Below are positions 26,415 to 36,969 of a stretch of DNA of 64,000 nucleotides, in pieces; position 1 is the stretch's first letter, and the number at the start of each line of letters is the position of its first letter. The translations under genes were made by a program, and so were the position numbers. The notes beneath the pieces are model-generated. The model ran no database searches, was not told the origin of the DNA, and saw nothing but the letters and a program-made list of their open reading frames with translations. Source of the stretch: a virus (Duplodnaviria; Caudoviricetes); IMG/VR virus record IMGVR_UViG_3300021387_001083, positions 1 through 64,000 of that record; one strand, written 5' to 3'.

Positions 26415-28141
26415 TGGCATATTATACAACTACAGCTGCTCAATTTGATCCTTATTCTTTACAAGATTTGTTAGCTCCTTTGACAATGTATAAATCAAGA
26501 TGGAATGAACTTGAAAAATCTTATGAAGATATGGATTCCAAAGCAGCATTACTTGAAGCACAAGCCAGTAGTGATCCTAAAACAGCGCAGATGTATTCTA
26601 TATACAAAGAAGCTTTGTTGGCTGGTAGAGATGCTATGATGCAAGGATTGTCAAATAAAGACACATCAAACTTATTAAATGCCAAAAGAGCATATAATAC
26701 GAATGTTTTGCCAATAGCAGAAGCTGTTGCAGCAAGGACAAGTGATTCTGAAGTATGGCGCAAACAGAAAGCTTCTGATCCTAGTCTTTTGGGAGATGAC
26801 CCAATGTCCAAACCTTTAAGTGGTTATCTTTATGGCAACAGGCCTGAATTACATAATGTCAGTGGTAATGCATTATATACTAAAGCTATGAATGCTGCTA
26901 AAAATATATCGTCGCGTTATTTTAATACTGAAGAAGGTAAATTGTTCAAAGGCACTTATTATAATCTTATTACTGAAAAAGGATTTCCTCCTGAGATTGC
27001 AGCAAGGACATTGATTGCATCAGGTAAATTTCAAGGTCTCACAGAATTTTATAATAATTTACTTGCTTCTGAGGGTGTTGACGCATTGTCACCGAATGAC
27101 CAAACAAGAGCTGCAGAATATGTTCTTAGTGGTATGGATGCTGGATTTGTTAGGGATGTTGACATGAAACCTTTACAGAATCCTTGGGTTGCTGCTTCTA
27201 TAAAAAATAGCAGTGGTTCTGGCGGAAATTCTCCAGGTTCTCTAACACCAAAGGTACAAGTAATTCCTAAAGACCTTTCTACTATTGTAGGCAAATATTC
27301 CATAAAAGAAATAAAAGACAAAAAAGAATGGCTTAATAGTAAATTTGGTAAAGTTATTAAAGATGTTGACAACAAAAAATCTTGGGTTAATGATAATTCA
27401 CGTCTCACTGGACAAAAACTGGTTGCGCCAAATGAAGAATTAGAATCTGATTTAAAAGAATACAATAAAATGTTTGATACAAATTATAAACTTGTACATC
27501 GTACTAAACTTGGAATTTATCAAATAGGTTGGCAAGACGACAAAGGCAAATGGCATTATAATGAACCAGAACCTAATGATAAACCGTTAGAAACATATAC
27601 ACAAGGTTATCTAGGTAATATTGTATCTCCAAATGTAACTACATCTAACTATAATAATATAGATAATAGTATTCAAAATAATATTACTGCTGCATCAATT
27701 AATGGAAACGTTGTCATCAAAAAAGATAATGGTAAATTTTTGAGCACTAAAGATATGAGAAAAGTAGACATATCGTCTATACATTATGTCGGTACTAGTT
27801 TTGATGCAGCAAACAACGTAAATTTCCATATAACATATAAAATTGGTGACAAGGTATTTCAAGGAACTATTACACCAGAAGCTTTTCTACCAAATACAAG
27901 TCCTGTTGCAATGTATGATGTTAACGGTGAATTAAAACCAGTTACTGCTGCAAAATATGCAGAAGAATTGAAAAATTACGCTGCAGCAGGTATGAATGAC
28001 GAAGCTTTGGCTGGTCTTGGCCTTTTAAACAGTGTGTTAATTGATCATGCAAATACAAGAACTCCTGGACAATCCGGAACTAATGAAAAAATAGCTGCAG
28101 CACTTGAACAAATGGGTATCGGTGCATATTTGGATTATTAA
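26414..28141 (+). CDS. Virion cargo/ejection protein
   Basis: 575 aa (QFDPYSLQDLLAPL...). It is translationally coupled to the previous gene and precedes the giant cargo gene. Confidence 0.55.
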   Translation: MAYYTTTAAQFDPYSLQDLLAPLTMYKSRWNELEKSYEDMDSKAALLEAQASSDPKTAQMYSIYKEALLAGRDAMMQGLSNKDTSNLLNAKRAYNTNVLPIAEAVAARTSDSEVWRKQKASDPSLLGDDPMSKPLSGYLYGNRPELHNVSGNALYTKAMNAAKNISSRYFNTEEGKLFKGTYYNLITEKGFPPEIAARTLIASGKFQGLTEFYNNLLASEGVDALSPNDQTRAAEYVLSGMDAGFVRDVDMKPLQNPWVAASIKNSSGSGGNSPGSLTPKVQVIPKDLSTIVGKYSIKEIKDKKEWLNSKFGKVIKDVDNKKSWVNDNSRLTGQKLVAPNEELESDLKEYNKMFDTNYKLVHRTKLGIYQIGWQDDKGKWHYNEPEPNDKPLETYTQGYLGNIVSPNVTTSNYNNIDNSIQNNITAASINGNVVIKKDNGKFLSTKDMRKVDISSIHYVGTSFDAANNVNFHITYKIGDKVFQGTITPEAFLPNTSPVAMYDVNGELKPVTAAKYAEELKNYAAAGMNDEALAGLGLLNSVLIDHANTRTPGQSGTNEKIAAALEQMGIGAYLDY

Positions 28142-28153
28142 TAAAATAAAAAA

Positions 28154-31100
28154 ATGGCAACATTAACAGGTTTAAATACACAACAAGGGCAAAACAGAGA
28201 GGCTGGTCGAGTAAATGGTCAGCCTCTTCCTGATAACCCTACTATTAAAAATATAAGACCTATTACATTTGGTGAAGCTCAACAAATGATGTGGTCTCCT
28301 AGAGGAATTAAAAATCTTACAACTATAGAGCTTCCTGAAGATTATGGTGAAAGCCGTTTCGATAAACGTGCGTGGGCACCAAGTCAACTTTACGATTTAA
28401 ATGAACTTCGAGCACAAGAACAGACTGGTGCTGAAAAACTTTTTAACGGTATAGCAAAAGGTGCTGTGTTATTTGGCACTACATTTGTTACAGGTGTTGC
28501 AGAACTGCCTGTTGCTTTAGCTACTTCTTTGGAGCGAGGTGATTGGTCAGGTATGTGGGATAATGCTATCACACAAATGGCGTATGATGTGAGTCAGTCT
28601 GTTGAAAATGTACTTCCGAATTATTATACCAGCAGAGAACAAACAGATCCCTGGTATCAACATATATGGTCTGCTAATTTTATAGGTGACAAATTTCTTA
28701 AGAATCTTGGTTTTACTGCTGGTGCTATAGCTTCATCTGCAGTTACAAACAATTGGATGAATGCCTTAAAAATACCACAAGTAATGGCAACTATTCTAAG
28801 AAGTCAAAAAGCTGGCCGTTTTGCTTCAGCAGCCATAGGATCAGCATTGCAGGCTTATACTGAATCTTCTATTGAAGCCAAACAAGGTATGGAAGATTTT
28901 GTAAAGACAAAAGGACAATTGCTTGATGCTGAACACGAAAGAAGACTTCAAGAAATAGAAATGATGTTTCCCCTTCAAGGCGAAAATGTCGTTAATGTCA
29001 ATACAGACAAACAAGCTTTAATAGATGAAGAAAACCAAGCTTATGTCAATGCAAAAACAAGACTTGCTATGGATTCTTCTAAAGTCGGTAATTTTGTTTT
29101 AAGAAATGAAATGCCTTTGCTGTTTGCATCAAGCCTTTTTCAGTTTGGCAGAATGTATGCAAATGGTTTTGGCACAGCAAGACATATAAACAATGCTGTA
29201 AGAAAATCTGCAACAGAATATGGACTTAGAAATATTCCTGGGGCTGGTTTAGCTAAAGGTGTTGGTAATGCTTTTATGGAGGGTTCTGAAGAATTCAATC
29301 AATCAATGATACAGAACATTGCGGCAAACTATTATAAAGAAGACGTTGATAATTTCTATAACGCTTCTTTGGATCCAACATTAACTGAAAATACGGTGGA
29401 TTTTATGCGTTCTGCTGGCAGAAGTATTTCCGATACATGGAATGATTCGTCAGCTTGGGAAGAAGGCTTTATAGGGGCTCTTACAGGCGGTTTGGGTATG
29501 GTTCGTATAGGCAAGAATGCTCAGAACGCTGATGTAAAACTCGGTAAAATCGGTCTTGATGGTGGCATCATCGGTGATATAGCACAAGCCAGAAAAGAAC
29601 GTGTAAGACAGCAAAATATAATAGATCAGGTAAATAGTATACTTGGCAGTAAGAAAATATCAGCTATGGTCAGAGGTGCAAACAGAAACCAAATGGAACA
29701 AAACCGTATGGATTTCGCAGCTATGCAAGGTGATGCAAAAACTTTTAAGGATGCTGAATTTTCGCAAATGATCTCTGATATAATAACTATTGACCAAGTA
29801 GACGGTTTGCAGGATTATAAAGCTATGATATCTTCTGTATTGTCTGATGAGGCTTTAGCAGATCCAAAATATTTACAAGATTTGATACAAAGCACCGAAA
29901 AGGATATCAATGGCAAAAAAGAAGGCCCTTTTGCAGGTATGGATAATGCTGAAATTGTTGAAAGACTCAAAAAGACTCGAGAGACTCTTTTGGATGCTGT
30001 AGACAAATACAAAAAGATAAAAGACAAAATAGACATCAATACTGAAGGTGTTTTCTCTGAGGAACAACTTGGTACGCTTACGTGGATGAGAGCTAAGCTT
30101 GCCAACTGGGATGAACGTCAGAAAACAATGACTGGTGAACTTGTAGAAGATCTTAAAAAGCTTAAAGATGTTGCGGATAAGAAGAATCTGGAAATCCCCG
30201 AACTTGTTGTCAAAGAGATGGGTAAAGTGGACGCTGCTCAGATGGCTTCTGATATTCTTGCAGCAAGTATCAGTGAACAAGGACTTAAATCCATACCGCT
30301 TAGTGGAACTATAGATGATCTTATTAATAGCATAAGTAATTTAAAAACAAGGGCTGGTTCGTTTTTTGATGCCGACGTAGATGTCAAAAACAATGTAAAA
30401 GTACACGATGCTTTAGCCAATTGGATTAACTCTGTAGGCGTCATTATGGGTGCGGACACTACTGTTGACATAAAAGAGACTATTCAAAAAATGAAAGATC
30501 TTGCTGCAATCCATGAAGATGTTGTGAAATATAATATACAGCTTGCTGATTATCTTGAACATCCTGAAAGACTTGCTGAGGATATGTCTAAACAAGAAAA
30601 GAAAGCCGCTAAAAAACAACGTAAAAAAGAAAACAAAAAGACTGTTGACGCTTATAATAATGCCGATACTAAAGAAGACAAGGATGAAGTTTATGACAAC
30701 GCTGATGACAGTGGAAAAGCAGCTATAGACAAAGACCACAAGAATGATCCTGAATATCAATTTGATAAACATAAAAAAGAGTTTAGAGATGCTGTTGCAA
30801 AATCAATTGATGAGCAAGATGACATTGATGGTAGTGTTAAGGCTGCTGCAAAAGAAGCATATGACGCTGTTGTTGAAAATACGAATACCAGTAATTCAGA
30901 CAATTTATATTATCCTTATAGAGCATTGGCAGAATATAGGGAACCGCTTCGTACAGACATAGCATTGAGTGGTGATGATAATGCTATTGCAGAATTTGAT
31001 ACTCAAAACAATTGGGTGGATTTTGTTATTGATAGAGCAATACATAAAATATATGACAGTAACAATTTCAAGGATTCATTTAGAACTTACGAAGCACCTG

Positions 31101-34100
31101 CCAGTGCAGTACAACCTGCAAGAGATGATGTTTATGTAAGAATGAACGATCCTGCTGAACAAGCTCCTGCTACAAAACTTGGGACCGACTTGCCTGAAAA
31201 TGAGTTAGATACTCCAATTGCTCCAATATCTTCTGAGTCTTTGAAAGAAGCCAATGAAGTTCCTCCGACTACAACTGAACAAACCCCTGGTAACAGCGGT
31301 GACAAGAAAAGAACCTTAATGAACACTATTCCTTTCTATGACCCGGAAGCAAAGAAAAAACAAGACTACAGACCTTTCTGGGAAGTTGATATGGAAAGAG
31401 AACTGCAGGGTTTAAGGATGTCAGATGAAGCTGTAAAGACTTATATTGACAATATAAAATCTACAGGCTGGAAACATATTCCTCCTACAGAGACTCCCGA
31501 ATATATAGCTACAATAACACCAACTGAAGAAAATATAAACAATGGCACTTATAGAGGTTATTATGATATATGGAATTTCCTTGAAGAGCACGGTGCATTT
31601 AGATATGTAGATCAAGGTTTACTTGAACATGGAGACAAAATACAATTTGCAAAAGTACCAAGTATTTCTGACAATGTGTTGTTCTTCGTAAAGAAATTAA
31701 ACGATGATTCTTTTCAAATAATAGGAGTGGTATCTGCAAGAAACGATGTTATCGGTATACAAGAGCTTAGAAATATATTGAAAAATTCTAAATCAAGTAA
31801 CATAGGTATTCAATATAAAACAAACGATGGTTCTGTATCTACTGAAAAACGTAATGAGGTTGTTGATGTATACGATGTTGAAACTACTGTTATGGACATT
31901 TATAACGGTAACGTGCCTATTATCGATGAAGAAAGATCCTTAAAGGATATACCTAATGGTAGAGATGTTAAAATAGCTGTCATAAAAAATGGTTCATTTA
32001 CTGGTCAAGATATTGAAGGACTTCCTATAGAACCTGTCAATACAACCAATATGGAAGGCTATATTGTTGCTTTAGTTCCTACTGCAGCAAATACTTATTT
32101 TCCTGTTACTTTAAGAACAGCACCTGTTTCACAGACTTTATTTACTGACGACAATGAGTTTGCTAAAGAAATTCAAGAAACTGTAAAAGAACTTAATAAA
32201 GCAACAACTGTAGAAGTTGCTAGTAATCTAATGGTAGAGTTAAGAAAATCGTTGTATTTTGATGATGATTTAAAATATGAATATTATTTTAGAGACTCTA
32301 AAGGTGTTACACACCAAACGAAAGACAAAAACGATACTATTACAACGATAGGTTTTGGTAGTAAGAAACAAGATGCTGAAAACAATAGGATAAGAGAAGA
32401 AAATAAGAATCGTCCTGAAGATCAACAAGTACCTACCAAAAGTTCAATGGAATATGTAGATATTGATCGACATGACGAAACTAGTTTAAAAAAACTACAG
32501 GAATATATATTAAGTAAAGTTGTATATTATAATGTTACACCAAGAAATCTTAACGACCCGAAATACAACAACAAACTTATAAACAGCGATATTTTAACTA
32601 CTAACGTCGAAAGCCTTGAAGTTAGAAGCAGTTGGTTTGGTGCAAACTATTATGATCCAAATACAAAAAAGTTTGTACAAGCTGTGAGATTTCCGTCACC
32701 AATAAGAGGACAAGCTACACCTGTTGGTGGTGTTAATAATGAAAATCTTAAAGTCGTCATAAAAGGTAAAAACAACAAAGGCACAAATTTTACTTGGTAT
32801 GTCGATGAAACTAATGGTAAAAGAATATATTATCGTAAATCAGCAGATTCTAAAGATTTTAAGTTAATTAATGATAATGGAGCTATTAATAACTTAAATA
32901 ATGTTTTATATATTAAAAGACGATTCATACCACAGGAAGTAGAACGTTTTAAAACAGACGATAAAATTGATAGAGCTGGCCTTTCAAAACGTTATTCTAA
33001 TTACATATATTTTCAAGATCAAAACGACAAAAATATTTTTCATGACTATTATGTGTATCCCAGATTTGGAAATGAATATGGTATTTTTAAAATTGATCTT
33101 AATAATCCAGACAATATATCGTTTATTATTAGACAAAATAACTCTGACGAATATACAAATGTTTTGCAACAATATCTAGCCAAACGTTATATTCCTAAAC
33201 AAGAAGCTGTTAAAGAAGTTGCTAAACCTACTGTTGGCGTATCTAAAGATATCGGTACATCATTAGCTGAAAATTGGAATGGTAGAGTCGATATAGATAA
33301 AACTGAAGATGCTGATGATGTATTAAAAAGTTTAAATATTAAACTCAATCCAGAACCAATCACACTATTTTGGTATTCTAAAAAAGATATAGTGACAAAA
33401 ACTAAAGGTTATAAACTGCCAGGTAAGGATTTGTTTGTTGTTTTTGATGATAAAACTAATTTTGTCGTAAATGAAAATCAATCGGGTGATCTTAATGTAG
33501 CTTCATACAGAATTATTTCAAAAAATGGTTATTCTATACGCAAACAAGATGTAGATAAGCGAGATATCAAGATAACGCCCACATCTATTGAACGTATGCT
33601 TAGAAAAATAAGCGAAGATCTTACAGAAAACCAAGAAAAAATACTTAATGGTTATGAAGGTTTAAATAAAATCGTTCAAACTGTTACTCCATTACCTACA
33701 GAAACTGAACAATACACTAAAGTAAAAGATGTTTTAAAGACTAATTCTGAGCGTTTCAAAAATGAAAAAGGAGAAGTCAACAGAACATCCGGTCAGTATC
33801 AAACTAAAGATGGAGAATTATATTTAAGATTCCATGCTTTATCTGATAAAGGAAATGGTAGTTTTGAAACACCTTCCGATAAAGTAGAAAGTATTCCTCC
33901 AAATGAGCCAATAAAAAGAGGTATTGCATTTGATACTTTTATGAGGGAATACCTTTCTTCGAAAGATTTTGACAAAGCAAAGGTTGAACTTGGCAAACTT
34001 GTTTCTGCTGATAAAGATTATACTTTAAGTGATGAAGAACTTAATAATATAAAGACTTTTGTTGAAGAACAGCTTAAAGATTATAATATTATATCAAAAG

Positions 34101-36883
34101 ATCTTATTGTTTCAGGTACTTTCAATAACTTGCGTATCGCTGGTGAAATGGATTGCATTCTTGAAAAAGATGGTAGATTTTATATAGTTGATTTTAAAGC
34201 TAGTAAAAATGATCCATCAAAAGATGCATTTTACAAAACACAGCTAGCGTTCTATAAAGAAGCTTTACGTCAAATTCTTTCTGAAAATAATATAAATGAT
34301 GTGCCTATAGAAACTCTCGGTTTTATATGGTTATCTTCTACTTCGAAAAATGTATCATTAAAAACCACAGGTGATCTTGCGTTAAATCAACAAGTGTTAG
34401 GACCTTGGGCTGTTACTAAAGATGGTGTAACTCAATCTGTTGCAAACACTTATAATTGGGATGCTAGAATAAATAAGAAATATAACATAGAGGCTGATAA
34501 CAATACTGGCACTGTTATTAAAACAGAATCTGACGATGAAGGCATTGACTTTGATGATGACACTGATTCTGGTATGTTTAATTTAAATAATATGCCAGCC
34601 AGCAATGAAAGAAACAAACTTGTATCTGATGAATCTAGTTATACTGCTGCAGATATCAACAAAGAAGTTGAATGGATAAATCAAGTTTTACCACAACTTT
34701 CAAGGAATGAACAACTCATGATTGTTGATGGTCTTATAAAAACATCTAAACGTGGTGTTTATGCTTATGGCCAGCTTAAAAACAATGTTATAAAATTGTC
34801 AAGACAAGGCGTCAGAGGTATTGGTTTCCACGAAGTATTTCATTATATGTTTAATCTTGTTTTGAGTAATGAAGAACAAAATGAAATCTTCAGAGAAGCT
34901 TCTAAGAAATGGAACAATATTACCAATCCTATAGATTTAGAAGAAAAACTTGCAGACGCTTTTCAAGATTATGCTATCGACCAAGTTTATGGTGGCAGAG
35001 GTATTTTACCGGCAATGAAAAGATTCTTTAACAAACTTCTCTTGTGGATAAAACATGGTAAGACTATTGTACAACAGATGGACAATCTTTATAAAGACTT
35101 GAATGCTGGCAGATATATTGATGCTGAGGAACATCCTTTTGAAGGCGTTCGTTATCAAAAATATACATTTGAAATGCAACAAATAAAAGACCAAGCTATT
35201 GCTAATGGTACTTTTATGAAAGCTCCTAATGGTAAACCTACTAATCTTAATGAAAGACAATGGTTACAAGTTAGAACTAAAGCTTTTAAAAAATGGTTTG
35301 GCGATTGGGAAAGTGTTGCTGCTAGAATAGCTAATGCTAAAGTTATTTGGGGTCATCCTGGTATAGGTAAAACAGAATACTATAAAAATAACAAAAATGT
35401 TATAGATTTTGATAGTGTTTATAAACCTAGAATCAATAAAGAATTAGGACTTCCTGAAGGTGCTGAAGAACGTAAAAAATGGAGACGTGAGCATAGAGAT
35501 GAATATAGGCAAAAGATTCTTTCTTTATTTGATGAGGCTGTAGAGGATGCTAAGAAGCAGGGTAAACAACTATTAGTATCTGATATGGTTGTATTACAAG
35601 AAAGAGAAGATACTTTAGACCTTATTACTCAAATGTCTGAAGATACTTTTGCTAAAAGAAGCATGCAACGTAATGAACCTTATGATGATAATAGAAAACT
35701 TTGGAAAACTGATATAGACGAAAGTATATCTAAAGTATATGATAAATCTAAAGTAGTTAATACAGAAAAGTATCTTTCTGAACTTTATGAAGATGCTAAA
35801 AATGTTTCTAAAGTAGTAGATGAAAATGGTGAACCTTTAGTAGTTTATCATGGTACAACAGTTCCATTTACAACTTTTGATAAATCTAAACAAAATAGTA
35901 GATTTCCTTTTGGTTTAGGTACAAATGCTTTTTATTTTACTTCTAAAAAAGAAAATGCTGAAAAAATAGCTATAGGTGTTCATAAAGGAGATTTTCTTAT
36001 AAATAGTAAACCTTTATATAGCTCAGAATATCCTTGGGGGAATCCAAAATATATTAGTGAAGTTGTTGGATATAAAGTTGCTTCTGATTTTAAAAGTTTG
36101 ATAGAAGGTGCAAAAGATTTGTATTCAAAAGAGGTAATAGAAGACTATTTTAATAAAATAAATAAACCTAATACTACTATTCAAGAAATACAAGAAAGTT
36201 CTGATAACGTTATGGCTGTATTTTTAAATATAAAAAATATGGACATAAAAGATTACGAAGGAAAGAATCTTATGGATACTTCTTCAAAAGAATTTGATTC
36301 TTTTGTAAATAATAGTAAAGAAGGTGGTAAATTAGCTAATGTTAAAGATGGTAATATGAAATTAGCTGATACTTATTTTGTTAAAGAACCAAATCAAATT
36401 AAATCAGCTACTGATAATGTAGGTACTTTTGATCCAAACAATCCTGATATCAGATATTCTTTAGTCGATGATGTAGATCATGTAGGAAGACCTTTAACAC
36501 CAAAAGCTTATCAACCTATGATTGATAATATGGTAAACAATCTGCAATATGGTACAGATACCAATATTGATAATCAGTGGGGTTTGTTTGTTGATGATTA
36601 CTTTAGAAAATTCGGCATTGTAATTACTGGTCATAAAGTTAGAGGCAAATACAAAGTTGACAGTGTCACAAGAGGTTTTGTAGCACCTGAAGCAACTTCA
36701 ATTCAAAATGAAGATGGCACGATTAAATCTTTAAAAGAACTTAAAAATTCATCTGAATTTAGAAATGATTGGAACAATCTAACTGAATGGCAACAAACAG
36801 CTCTTGAAAATTCAGGTATGAATGAAGAGTTTTGGATAACTCTACCTAACGACATCAGAGATAACATATTACATTGCTTATAA
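28154..36883 (+). CDS. Giant virion cargo/polyvalent protein: N-terminal hydrophobic ejection region, PD-(D/E)XK nuclease-like, zincin HExxH, P-loop and ART-PolyVal-like domains
   Basis: 2909 aa. Motifs: IAGEMDCILE...IVDFKAS...QLAFY (about 33900-34350); GFHEVFH...EEKLADAF (34829-34962); GHPGIGKT (35351-35374); SKVVDENGEPLVVYHGT...FYFT...NQIKSATDN.GTFD.NNPDIRYS (35792-36460). Confidence 0.75.
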   Translation: MATLTGLNTQQGQNREAGRVNGQPLPDNPTIKNIRPITFGEAQQMMWSPRGIKNLTTIELPEDYGESRFDKRAWAPSQLYDLNELRAQEQTGAEKLFNGIAKGAVLFGTTFVTGVAELPVALATSLERGDWSGMWDNAITQMAYDVSQSVENVLPNYYTSREQTDPWYQHIWSANFIGDKFLKNLGFTAGAIASSAVTNNWMNALKIPQVMATILRSQKAGRFASAAIGSALQAYTESSIEAKQGMEDFVKTKGQLLDAEHERRLQEIEMMFPLQGENVVNVNTDKQALIDEENQAYVNAKTRLAMDSSKVGNFVLRNEMPLLFASSLFQFGRMYANGFGTARHINNAVRKSATEYGLRNIPGAGLAKGVGNAFMEGSEEFNQSMIQNIAANYYKEDVDNFYNASLDPTLTENTVDFMRSAGRSISDTWNDSSAWEEGFIGALTGGLGMVRIGKNAQNADVKLGKIGLDGGIIGDIAQARKERVRQQNIIDQVNSILGSKKISAMVRGANRNQMEQNRMDFAAMQGDAKTFKDAEFSQMISDIITIDQVDGLQDYKAMISSVLSDEALADPKYLQDLIQSTEKDINGKKEGPFAGMDNAEIVERLKKTRETLLDAVDKYKKIKDKIDINTEGVFSEEQLGTLTWMRAKLANWDERQKTMTGELVEDLKKLKDVADKKNLEIPELVVKEMGKVDAAQMASDILAASISEQGLKSIPLSGTIDDLINSISNLKTRAGSFFDADVDVKNNVKVHDALANWINSVGVIMGADTTVDIKETIQKMKDLAAIHEDVVKYNIQLADYLEHPERLAEDMSKQEKKAAKKQRKKENKKTVDAYNNADTKEDKDEVYDNADDSGKAAIDKDHKNDPEYQFDKHKKEFRDAVAKSIDEQDDIDGSVKAAAKEAYDAVVENTNTSNSDNLYYPYRALAEYREPLRTDIALSGDDNAIAEFDTQNNWVDFVIDRAIHKIYDSNNFKDSFRTYEAPASAVQPARDDVYVRMNDPAEQAPATKLGTDLPENELDTPIAPISSESLKEANEVPPTTTEQTPGNSGDKKRTLMNTIPFYDPEAKKKQDYRPFWEVDMERELQGLRMSDEAVKTYIDNIKSTGWKHIPPTETPEYIATITPTEENINNGTYRGYYDIWNFLEEHGAFRYVDQGLLEHGDKIQFAKVPSISDNVLFFVKKLNDDSFQIIGVVSARNDVIGIQELRNILKNSKSSNIGIQYKTNDGSVSTEKRNEVVDVYDVETTVMDIYNGNVPIIDEERSLKDIPNGRDVKIAVIKNGSFTGQDIEGLPIEPVNTTNMEGYIVALVPTAANTYFPVTLRTAPVSQTLFTDDNEFAKEIQETVKELNKATTVEVASNLMVELRKSLYFDDDLKYEYYFRDSKGVTHQTKDKNDTITTIGFGSKKQDAENNRIREENKNRPEDQQVPTKSSMEYVDIDRHDETSLKKLQEYILSKVVYYNVTPRNLNDPKYNNKLINSDILTTNVESLEVRSSWFGANYYDPNTKKFVQAVRFPSPIRGQATPVGGVNNENLKVVIKGKNNKGTNFTWYVDETNGKRIYYRKSADSKDFKLINDNGAINNLNNVLYIKRRFIPQEVERFKTDDKIDRAGLSKRYSNYIYFQDQNDKNIFHDYYVYPRFGNEYGIFKIDLNNPDNISFIIRQNNSDEYTNVLQQYLAKRYIPKQEAVKEVAKPTVGVSKDIGTSLAENWNGRVDIDKTEDADDVLKSLNIKLNPEPITLFWYSKKDIVTKTKGYKLPGKDLFVVFDDKTNFVVNENQSGDLNVASYRIISKNGYSIRKQDVDKRDIKITPTSIERMLRKISEDLTENQEKILNGYEGLNKIVQTVTPLPTETEQYTKVKDVLKTNSERFKNEKGEVNRTSGQYQTKDGELYLRFHALSDKGNGSFETPSDKVESIPPNEPIKRGIAFDTFMREYLSSKDFDKAKVELGKLVSADKDYTLSDEELNNIKTFVEEQLKDYNIISKDLIVSGTFNNLRIAGEMDCILEKDGRFYIVDFKASKNDPSKDAFYKTQLAFYKEALRQILSENNINDVPIETLGFIWLSSTSKNVSLKTTGDLALNQQVLGPWAVTKDGVTQSVANTYNWDARINKKYNIEADNNTGTVIKTESDDEGIDFDDDTDSGMFNLNNMPASNERNKLVSDESSYTAADINKEVEWINQVLPQLSRNEQLMIVDGLIKTSKRGVYAYGQLKNNVIKLSRQGVRGIGFHEVFHYMFNLVLSNEEQNEIFREASKKWNNITNPIDLEEKLADAFQDYAIDQVYGGRGILPAMKRFFNKLLLWIKHGKTIVQQMDNLYKDLNAGRYIDAEEHPFEGVRYQKYTFEMQQIKDQAIANGTFMKAPNGKPTNLNERQWLQVRTKAFKKWFGDWESVAARIANAKVIWGHPGIGKTEYYKNNKNVIDFDSVYKPRINKELGLPEGAEERKKWRREHRDEYRQKILSLFDEAVEDAKKQGKQLLVSDMVVLQEREDTLDLITQMSEDTFAKRSMQRNEPYDDNRKLWKTDIDESISKVYDKSKVVNTEKYLSELYEDAKNVSKVVDENGEPLVVYHGTTVPFTTFDKSKQNSRFPFGLGTNAFYFTSKKENAEKIAIGVHKGDFLINSKPLYSSEYPWGNPKYISEVVGYKVASDFKSLIEGAKDLYSKEVIEDYFNKINKPNTTIQEIQESSDNVMAVFLNIKNMDIKDYEGKNLMDTSSKEFDSFVNNSKEGGKLANVKDGNMKLADTYFVKEPNQIKSATDNVGTFDPNNPDIRYSLVDDVDHVGRPLTPKAYQPMIDNMVNNLQYGTDTNIDNQWGLFVDDYFRKFGIVITGHKVRGKYKVDSVTRGFVAPEATSIQNEDGTIKSLKELKNSSEFRNDWNNLTEWQQTALENSGMNEEFWITLPNDIRDNILHCL

Positions 36884-36886
36884 AAG

Positions 36887-36916
36887 AAAAGGGAGCCATA
36901 ACGGTTCCCTTTTTTT
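36887..36916 (+). terminator. Bidirectional-type terminator 1 at the convergence point
   Basis: AAAAGGGAGCC-ataac-GGTTCCCTTTT with an A-run before and a T-run after. Confidence 0.75.
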
Positions 36917-36927
36917 AGTATCTGGAA

Positions 36928-36966
36928 AAAATAAGGGAGGCTCTCTTTCGAGGGTCTCCCTTTATT
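36928..36966 (-). terminator. Terminator 2 at the convergence point (for the - arm)
   Basis: AAGGGAGGCTCTC-tttc-GAGGGTCTCCCTT, preceded on the + strand by an A-rich run (a T-run on the - strand). Confidence 0.7.
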
Positions 36967-36969
36967 GTT

